Positions 57,540 through 64,000 of a stretch of DNA of 64,000 nt are shown one piece after another; within the stretch, counting starts at the first letter, position 1, and every line of letters starts with the position of its first letter. Both the position numbers and the translations under genes were made by a program. This stretch comes from a virus, in IMG/VR virus record IMGVR_UViG_3300028025_000090; one strand, given 5' to 3'. Below the pieces are notes generated by a model. The model made no database searches. It saw only the letters and a program-made list of their open reading frames with translations, and was not told where the DNA came from.

Positions 57540-57976
57540 GTAATAAAAATGAGTATTATGTGAACTCCAAAGAGTTCCGACAGCTATTGATGAATTATTA
57601 TCAGTCTGATAATATGACTAATGATTTGGCATCAAACATTGTTAAAATAGCGGAGGGATTATCATATAATCATCGCTTTATTCGATATTCTCGAAGCTGG
57701 AAAGAAGAAATGGTGGGAGATGCGATTGTAAAAATGTATCATGCTTTGGAGAAAAAATTATATAACATTGAATCAGAATTTAACCCATTTTCTTATTTCA
57801 ATCGTATTGCATGGAACGCATTTACCAATCGTATTAATAAAGAAAAGGGACAGCATGAAGGTTTGAATGAATATAAAGAAATGGTTTATATGGAATCAAT
57901 GTCTGGTCCAGATGCGATGGGGCATGTATATGTAAAACCAGTTATGGAAGGAGATGAATATGACGATAATGAATAA
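57536..57976 (+). CDS. gp55: Late sigma factor (gp55-like)
   Basis: YYVNSKEF, KIAEGLS...F..Y...EEMVGD, NPFSYF..IAWNAF..RI.KEK. Confidence 0.9.
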   Translation: MSNKNEYYVNSKEFRQLLMNYYQSDNMTNDLASNIVKIAEGLSYNHRFIRYSRSWKEEMVGDAIVKMYHALEKKLYNIESEFNPFSYFNRIAWNAFTNRINKEKGQHEGLNEYKEMVYMESMSGPDAMGHVYVKPVMEGDEYDDNE

Positions 57977-58664
57977 ATTACTTAAATTAATTGGGTTCGA
58001 GCGGAAAGGCTATCAATCAGAAACCTACCATTTCAAATGGGGGGAAGTCTCATGGCATCCTAAAAAATGGGATCTTGGTCTGAAAGTGTGTAATTGGGGG
58101 TGTGAATCTCGAAATTTATTAATCATTAAACCTCTTTTTTGTTCGATATACATAAATTTATCAAAAGAATATGATAGGGATGATGAAGGATTTGATTATG
58201 GATTTTATATTTATGATTGGTATGCTTTAGCATTGAGTTGGGGTAGTAAAACAATACATTGGGACTTTCCTTATATAGCAAAAGAATGGGATAGGACAGA
58301 GATTTTTGATGTTGAGGGTAATTTAAAATTTGTTGATAAAGCGGGTATTAATACAGGAGATGAGCGGTACGATATAGTCGATAAAATCCAAGTTTCATAT
58401 CCTTATAAATATTATTTAAAAAATGGAGATATTCAAGAAAGAGAGGCTAAAGTCCATGTCACCAATATGGTTTGGACTCGTAAATGGTTTCCTTTTTTGA
58501 AGATAAATCGACGATATATTGATGTTAATTTTTCAGAAGAAGTTGGAGAAGGTGTTGACTCTTGGAAAGGTGGTTGTACAAGTTGTGGATATGAAATGAA
58601 GCAAGGAGAAACACCTGAGCAATGTTTGAGAAGAATGGAAAAAGAAAGAAAATTTGATAGATAA
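57969..58664 (+). CDS. Hypothetical protein inserted between gp55 and gp47
   Basis: Long Trp-rich ORF; no motif recognised. Confidence 0.65.
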   Translation: MNKLLKLIGFERKGYQSETYHFKWGEVSWHPKKWDLGLKVCNWGCESRNLLIIKPLFCSIYINLSKEYDRDDEGFDYGFYIYDWYALALSWGSKTIHWDFPYIAKEWDRTEIFDVEGNLKFVDKAGINTGDERYDIVDKIQVSYPYKYYLKNGDIQEREAKVHVTNMVWTRKWFPFLKINRRYIDVNFSEEVGEGVDSWKGGCTSCGYEMKQGETPEQCLRRMEKERKFDR

Positions 58665-58665
58665 T

Positions 58666-59685
58666 ATGATAAAAAAACCAAAAGTAGCAATATTTTCAGA
58701 CCTTCATTTGGGTCTATATGGAAATTCGACAGAGTGGCACGACATCGCTCTCAAGTGGGCAGATTGGATTACTGCTGATTTGAAGAAAAAGAAAATCACT
58801 GACATTTTTTTCCTTGGTGACTTTTTCCATAATCGTTCAGAAATCTCTGTGCAGACTATTCACGTTGCCTCTGAATTGATTGCGAAGTTCAAGGGCTTCA
58901 ACATGTTCATGGTAATTGGAAATCATGATGCTTTCTATAAAAATCGTAGTGATGTCCATAGCTTGGGATTCCTCAAGGGTCACGATAACATTACGATTAT
59001 CGATCAGAACTTGGAATTTGAGGCATTTGGTAAAAAAATATTATTTGTTCCTTGGAATCACGAATTACCAGACGGTAAATTTGACCATATTTTCGGACAC
59101 TTTGAAATTCAGACATTTCAAATGAACAATTATAAGGTTTGTGATCACGGATTCCAAGTCATGGATTTCTTAGCATCCCGAACCACCAATGTTTGGTCTG
59201 GTCACTTCCATACTAAGAGTATTAAGAAATACAACGAAGGAACGATTCGATACATTGGTAATACTTTCCATCATGATTTCAACGATTGTGGAGATGACAA
59301 GGGTTATCACATTCTGAATCTAGAAGATGATTCTGTCGAATTTGTAAAGAATACGGCATCTCCTGAATTTATTAAAATTCCTCTGACTAAGATCAAAAAT
59401 TACAAAGCGGAGGATATCGAAGGAAACATCATCAAGTTCATAGTTGACAAAGACATTGAAGATGATAAGGTTGAGAAGTTCAAAGTCTATCTGTCTAACT
59501 TCGCTCCTTTCCGTCTCACCACGGAATACAACGTGGCAACGAAGACAATTGGTGATGTTGAACAAGTGGATTCTGTTGATATCGTGGGAATGTTTGATGA
59601 GTTCTATGAACAACTCAAGCTGGATGATGAGCAATTGATGAGAGTGAAGAAAATTAACGATGAGTTATACGAAAAGTGTAAATGA
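58666..59685 (+). CDS. gp47: Recombination nuclease (gp47/SbcD/Mre11-like)
   Basis: SDLHLG, LGDFF, GNHD, GHFE, SGHFH. Confidence 0.93.
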   Translation: MIKKPKVAIFSDLHLGLYGNSTEWHDIALKWADWITADLKKKKITDIFFLGDFFHNRSEISVQTIHVASELIAKFKGFNMFMVIGNHDAFYKNRSDVHSLGFLKGHDNITIIDQNLEFEAFGKKILFVPWNHELPDGKFDHIFGHFEIQTFQMNNYKVCDHGFQVMDFLASRTTNVWSGHFHTKSIKKYNEGTIRYIGNTFHHDFNDCGDDKGYHILNLEDDSVEFVKNTASPEFIKIPLTKIKNYKAEDIEGNIIKFIVDKDIEDDKVEKFKVYLSNFAPFRLTTEYNVATKTIGDVEQVDSVDIVGMFDEFYEQLKLDDEQLMRVKKINDELYEKCK

Positions 59686-61472
59686 AAAAAATCTTATATA
59701 AAAATTTAAAGGGGCAGAACTTCCTGAGTATCGGAAATGACCAGATTGTGATTGATTTCCAATCTGGTTTTAACCTGATTACTGGAAAGAATTTGGATAA
59801 TCCTGATCGTGTGAACGGAATCGGGAAAAGTTGTATTGCAGAACTTTTCTACTATGCATTGTTTGGTAAAACCATCCGTGACATCAAGAAAGAATTCATC
59901 ATCAACAATATCACCAAAGGAAAGGGTGCTATTGAGCTTACGTTCGACGTAGAGACTGACAATGACACGCAGACATACACAATCAAGCGACAACTTAAAC
60001 CAAGCTCTGTGACGCTCCTGAGAGGCGAAGAAGACATCACCAAGGACTCCATTTCCAATACAGATAAATTCATCTGTGATTTGATCGGTTCCAATCCTGT
60101 GATTTGTCGTAGTTGTGATATTCTATCTCTTTCGGATAACATCCCATTCATGGCAAAGAAGCCTGAAGAGAAGCGCAAATTCATCAATGATATTTTCTCT
60201 CTGGAAGTCTTTGGTAAGATGAGCAACGAATTGAAGAATCTGATTCGTGAGAACAAATCAGATATGAATATTTCCTCTGCTAAATTGGAAGAAATTGACA
60301 ACACTTTGGAAACTCTGAATAGACAACAAGAAGATTACCAAAAGAAAGTCGAAGAAATGGAGGGTCGTCTTGAGGCGAGACGCATTGAAATTCAAGGGAA
60401 AATCTTTGATATTGAAAAAGAGATTGATAAAACATCCGTTATGGATGTTTCTACGATACAACAAGAGCAAGAAAAGTATCATGAAGCATGGAGAAAGCTG
60501 GATGGAAAGATCGGTCATGTGAATGATGCGATTTCATCCAAGGAGACTTTGAGAAAGCTGAAGGTGAAAGAAATTGATAAATTTTCCTCTGTTGAAGATG
60601 GTATTCAGTGTGATAAATGCCTCCAAGATATTCCCCATACCCATGTGGAGCATCTGGAGAAGATGAAGGAACAGTATCAATCTGAACTGAATAATATTGT
60701 AGAAGAAATTAATGGATTGAAAGAACAAAAATCTCAATTTCATTCTAAAAAAGAAAAAGTCCAAGCCAAAGTAGCTGAGTTTCAGGATCAAATCAATGAA
60801 GCAAAAGTCACCAAACAAAAATTGGAAGGTCTGGAAAACAGTCTCAAGCAATACAAAGAGTCTCTGGACAATTTGAAGCTGGAAGAATTACCTAAACCAA
60901 ATTTCGAGGTAAGTATTCAAAATACTTGGGCGAGACAAAACGCTGAAAACGACAATTTCCGAATGTTCAAACAGAAATCAGATGATTATGAAATCTGTAA
61001 ATTCGTGCTAGGAGAAGAAGGTGTTCGTAGCTTTGTGGTGAAGAGACTTCTTTCCATGATGAACGCAAGCATTCAGCAATATATCAACGATCTTGGTATG
61101 TCCATTCGTTGCAAATTCGATGAATACTTTGATGAGCAGCTTTCCAATGATAAAGGTAAGGAGATTTCTTACTGGAACTTGAGTGGTGGCGAACGTAGAA
61201 CGGTTGACCTCGCGTGTGCGTGGGCATTCAAGGATTTGAAGAGAAAGATTTCAGGCGTGTCATCTAATGTGGAATGGATTGATGAAGTTTTCGATTCCGC
61301 TTTTGATGAGAGAGGGTTTGACCTTCTTGTGGAACTCATGAAACAGAGAATTGATAAAAATTCTTTATCTGTCTATGCTATCTCTCATAGAAAGGAAATG
61401 GAGAAGCATGTTACTGGTGAAATAGTCTTCCTTGAAAAGGAAAATGGGGTCACTAGAAGACTAAATATATAA
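59682..61472 (+). CDS. gp46: Recombination ATPase (gp46/SbcC/Rad50-like)
   Basis: NGIGKS, CDKC hook, LSGGE, IDEVFD, ISHR. Confidence 0.95.
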   Translation: MKKILYKNLKGQNFLSIGNDQIVIDFQSGFNLITGKNLDNPDRVNGIGKSCIAELFYYALFGKTIRDIKKEFIINNITKGKGAIELTFDVETDNDTQTYTIKRQLKPSSVTLLRGEEDITKDSISNTDKFICDLIGSNPVICRSCDILSLSDNIPFMAKKPEEKRKFINDIFSLEVFGKMSNELKNLIRENKSDMNISSAKLEEIDNTLETLNRQQEDYQKKVEEMEGRLEARRIEIQGKIFDIEKEIDKTSVMDVSTIQQEQEKYHEAWRKLDGKIGHVNDAISSKETLRKLKVKEIDKFSSVEDGIQCDKCLQDIPHTHVEHLEKMKEQYQSELNNIVEEINGLKEQKSQFHSKKEKVQAKVAEFQDQINEAKVTKQKLEGLENSLKQYKESLDNLKLEELPKPNFEVSIQNTWARQNAENDNFRMFKQKSDDYEICKFVLGEEGVRSFVVKRLLSMMNASIQQYINDLGMSIRCKFDEYFDEQLSNDKGKEISYWNLSGGERRTVDLACAWAFKDLKRKISGVSSNVEWIDEVFDSAFDERGFDLLVELMKQRIDKNSLSVYAISHRKEMEKHVTGEIVFLEKENGVTRRLNI

Positions 61473-62120
61473 ATGAAAAGTGGGAATTATTTCTTAGACA
61501 TTGCAAATATTTATTCGAGGATTATAAAAGAATCCCCTGATAATATTACAGTTATTGACAATGAGGGTAAACGTAAATATTTTTCGTATGATGACACTCC
61601 AAATGCTTACACTGGTCTTATCGGTAGCGATGGTAAATATGCCATATCAAAAGATATTATAGGACATCACAATTTGATTGATGCGATTTTAAATAGCGGT
61701 GAAGATATTATTCAAAAATTAATAACCAATGCTGATGATATCGGAGATCTGAAAAGTTTAGTCAGAGACAGAATAAAAATAAGAATCTGGAAAAATCAAA
61801 AAGTTTATAGTATGTGGGATAAATACGATCCTTCATATGAAGATGCTATTAAAGATTCTCTGGAAGCAATAGGCGAAAATTATCAAGATTATAAATATGA
61901 TAATGACTATAAAGATTATGGAAATCTTCCTGATGCTGATACTTTCTTCGTAAAAAGCTTGTCAGATGCTGAAAAAGAAGAGAAAATGAAGGCTGAAATG
62001 GAAAAACGTCAAGCTGAAAGAGCTTTAGCAGACAGAATGGCTGGTATAAAAAGAAAAGCTTCGAGTGATTATGACGCTCCTTATAAAAAACCTTCTTGGA
62101 TGAATAGAGAAGGGGATTGA
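61473..62120 (+). CDS. Hypothetical protein, candidate internal head protein
   Basis: IANIYSRIIKES; TAAATA 5 nt upstream. Confidence 0.6.
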   Translation: MKSGNYFLDIANIYSRIIKESPDNITVIDNEGKRKYFSYDDTPNAYTGLIGSDGKYAISKDIIGHHNLIDAILNSGEDIIQKLITNADDIGDLKSLVRDRIKIRIWKNQKVYSMWDKYDPSYEDAIKDSLEAIGENYQDYKYDNDYKDYGNLPDADTFFVKSLSDAEKEEKMKAEMEKRQAERALADRMAGIKRKASSDYDAPYKKPSWMNREGD

Positions 62121-62148
62121 CATTTCAAATTAATACATAATTAATATT

Positions 62149-63336
62149 ATGTTTAATAGTCAACCATTTGCTTCTCCTTTCCCAACAAGTCCATTTCAAG
62201 GGCAAAATAAACATCAAGAGGAACCCAAAAAAGGTAATGTTTATTTAAATTTCGTGGCAGATCGTCAAGGATGTGGTCAATGGCGAGTAGGTTGGCCCGA
62301 ACATCACATCAATATGAATAATCTTGGTGAGTCTACATCGCTCACTAAGATGATTTTTGATAAAAATTGGTTTCGAGATATTAAAACCGTCAAATTACAA
62401 AGACAAGCATCTACCCCTCAAAAACAATATTTTGAATTTCTCAAGAGTATTCAAGCAGAAATGGGATTCAAGATTATCTATGAAGTAGATGATGTTGTAT
62501 TTCGTGAAGAAATTCCTGATTATAATTCAGGAAAACCATCGTTCGATAATGACGAAATCCGTCAAAATTGTGTTGACATGATGCGAATGGCAGATGAAGT
62601 CACAGTCACATGTAAGTTCATGCGTGATTTGTTCATTCAAAAAACGGGTCAAGAAAAAATCTCCGTGATTCCAAATTTCCCACCTGAATGGTGGATTGGG
62701 CATTATTACGATTCTTATAAAATTGCTAAAAATTACGATAAAAATCGTAAAAGACCGAGAATTTTATATTCTGGCTCAGGAGCGCACTTTGATGTGAAAA
62801 AAGGAGGGCAAGACGATTTTTCCCATGTGTTGAAATTTATTATCGATAATAGGTATAAATATCAATTCATTTTCATTGGTGCATTTCCTCCACAATTGCA
62901 TCCATACATTCAAAATGGAGAAATTGAATTTCATCATTGGCAGACATTGACAAATTATCCGAAATTTATTTCCGAACTAAATGTGCAATTAACTCTCGCA
63001 CCTTTGATGGATAATAATTTCAATAAATCGAAGTCAGATATCAAATATATTGAGGGTGCTGTGTTAGGTATCCCTTGTATGTGTCAGGATTTGGTGACTT
63101 ATTCCGATGTTCCTGATTTTCTGAAATTTAATAATTCAGAGGATTTAGCTGTAAAAGTAGAACAATTGTTGAATTACAAAAATCGTGATAGGTATCACAA
63201 TTTATCTAAAGAATTGAGAAAACTTGGTGAAACAAGATTCCTCGAAAGACCTGAAAACATTGGTGCTTTTCTTGAATCGATGAACACGCCTTGGGGTGAT
63301 CAGTCTCGTAGATTTATGAAATACTGGAACGATTAA
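62149..63336 (+). CDS. GT-B fold glycosyltransferase-like protein
   Basis: GCGQWR..WP, YEVDD, APLMDNNFNKSKSDIKYIE. Confidence 0.8.
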   Translation: MFNSQPFASPFPTSPFQGQNKHQEEPKKGNVYLNFVADRQGCGQWRVGWPEHHINMNNLGESTSLTKMIFDKNWFRDIKTVKLQRQASTPQKQYFEFLKSIQAEMGFKIIYEVDDVVFREEIPDYNSGKPSFDNDEIRQNCVDMMRMADEVTVTCKFMRDLFIQKTGQEKISVIPNFPPEWWIGHYYDSYKIAKNYDKNRKRPRILYSGSGAHFDVKKGGQDDFSHVLKFIIDNRYKYQFIFIGAFPPQLHPYIQNGEIEFHHWQTLTNYPKFISELNVQLTLAPLMDNNFNKSKSDIKYIEGAVLGIPCMCQDLVTYSDVPDFLKFNNSEDLAVKVEQLLNYKNRDRYHNLSKELRKLGETRFLERPENIGAFLESMNTPWGDQSRRFMKYWND

Positions 63337-63614
63337 TTTCTAGTAAATTCAGAATATTGAGCAAGAGTCGGTCGAAGACGCTCAAACATTCCTTTTAAAT
63401 TGTCATACGGTGTCTTATTCGAAGGATTTTTGAAAAACTCTTCTTTATTGTTTTGATAATAAGCTATTGTTCCTTTTAGATATTTTTCGATATATGAAGA
63501 AACTTCATTCACTTCAGCCTTCATCTTTTCGGTAAAAGCGTCATAATCATCATATGATGATTGAAAATCAAGATTTTCGTAAATCATACCTAAGTCTTTA
63601 AAATAATCATTCAT
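63333..63614 (-). CDS. Hypothetical protein, candidate internal head protein
   Basis: Starts MNDYFKDLGMIYEN; late box 5 nt upstream. Confidence 0.6.
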   Translation of the reverse strand: MNDYFKDLGMIYENLDFQSSYDDYDAFTEKMKAEVNEVSSYIEKYLKGTIAYYQNNKEEFFKNPSNKTPYDNLKGMFERLRPTLAQYSEFTRN

Positions 63615-63647
63615 ATCATTATTTAATAAAATGATATGAATTGTAAT

Positions 63648-64000
63648 TTATCGACTGACCTCTTCCCAGTCTACGGAGCCATGAACAAGTTCAGTATTTG
63701 TACTCGCAGTAATAGCTAGAGTTAATTCGTAAGGTGTATTTGTAAAGCTATTTCTCTCAAGTTGGAATCTAAATAGAGCCTCTTTAAGAATGTCTATCGA
63801 TGTTGATCCTTGAGCGTTAGATGTAAAATAGCCTGAAGCTAATATTCTACCTCCTGATACACTAGTTCCGTCTAACTTGTATTCTACTGAGGAATTAACT
63901 CCTGCATCAGTCCATGTACCGCCAGAAGTTGTACCTGAAGCAATTACTCGCCAATTATATATACCCGTATCGATCCCCATTACAGACAACGCAGTTAGAA
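63648..64000 (-). CDS. Virion structural protein, 5'-truncated by window edge
   Basis: Frame runs to the window end; GGRILASGY...DWEEVSR. Confidence 0.55.
   Translation of the reverse strand, partial: LTALSVMGIDTGIYNWRVIASGTTSGGTWTDAGVNSSVEYKLDGTSVSGGRILASGYFTSNAQGSTSIDILKEALFRFQLERNSFTNTPYELTLAITASTNTELVHGSVDWEEVSR

Noticed and set aside
62117-62148. TTGACA upstream of the GT-B gene as a promoter
   Set aside because: No -10 hexamer at the 16-17 nt spacing used by the other early promoters.
1-64000. tRNA, rRNA, CRISPR array, integrase or transposase
   Set aside because: Intergenic gaps are short and none shows a cloverleaf or regularly spaced repeats; no recombinase motif seen.
1-64000. 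Stop-codon reassignment
   Set aside because: Core genes are full length in code 11, and TAA, TAG and TGA all end genes at plausible positions.

Overview
A 64 kb segment of a large, AT-rich T4-like myovirus genome read in the standard genetic code. The host cannot be determined from this window. It holds the head module (gp20 portal, gp21 protease, prohead core, gp22, gp23, gp4), neck and tail parts (gp13, gp15, split gp5), a fibre/adhesin block with four tandem lectin-like paralogues, and replication and recombination genes (gp46/47, UvsW, UvsY, gp55, gp62, a DinG-like helicase). It also holds nucleotide metabolism (NrdA/B, ThyX), a CCA-adding enzyme, ClpP, GroES, PhoH, two DNA methyltransferases, an ~11 kb glycan-biosynthesis cluster and a Prs-like plus NAMPT-like pair (NARP1-like NAD+ reconstitution). 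Five observations stand out. (1) The prohead-core gene between gp21 and gp22 carries an ArfA-like ribosome-rescue motif, VEKxKKGKGSYxRK. (2) About a dozen unknown proteins have T4 internal-protein-like N-terminal capsid-targeting/cleavage motifs, including a GNAT-like protein and an aspartic protease. (3) A TAAATA late-promoter box lies exactly 5 nt before ATG at 18 genes, which implies leaderless mRNAs and corrects several starts in the ORF track. (4) A membrane-anchored PAS-domain protein has no output domain. (5) An origin-like AT-rich gap has a promoter firing into a G-run. All product calls come from motif recognition by eye; no database search was run.
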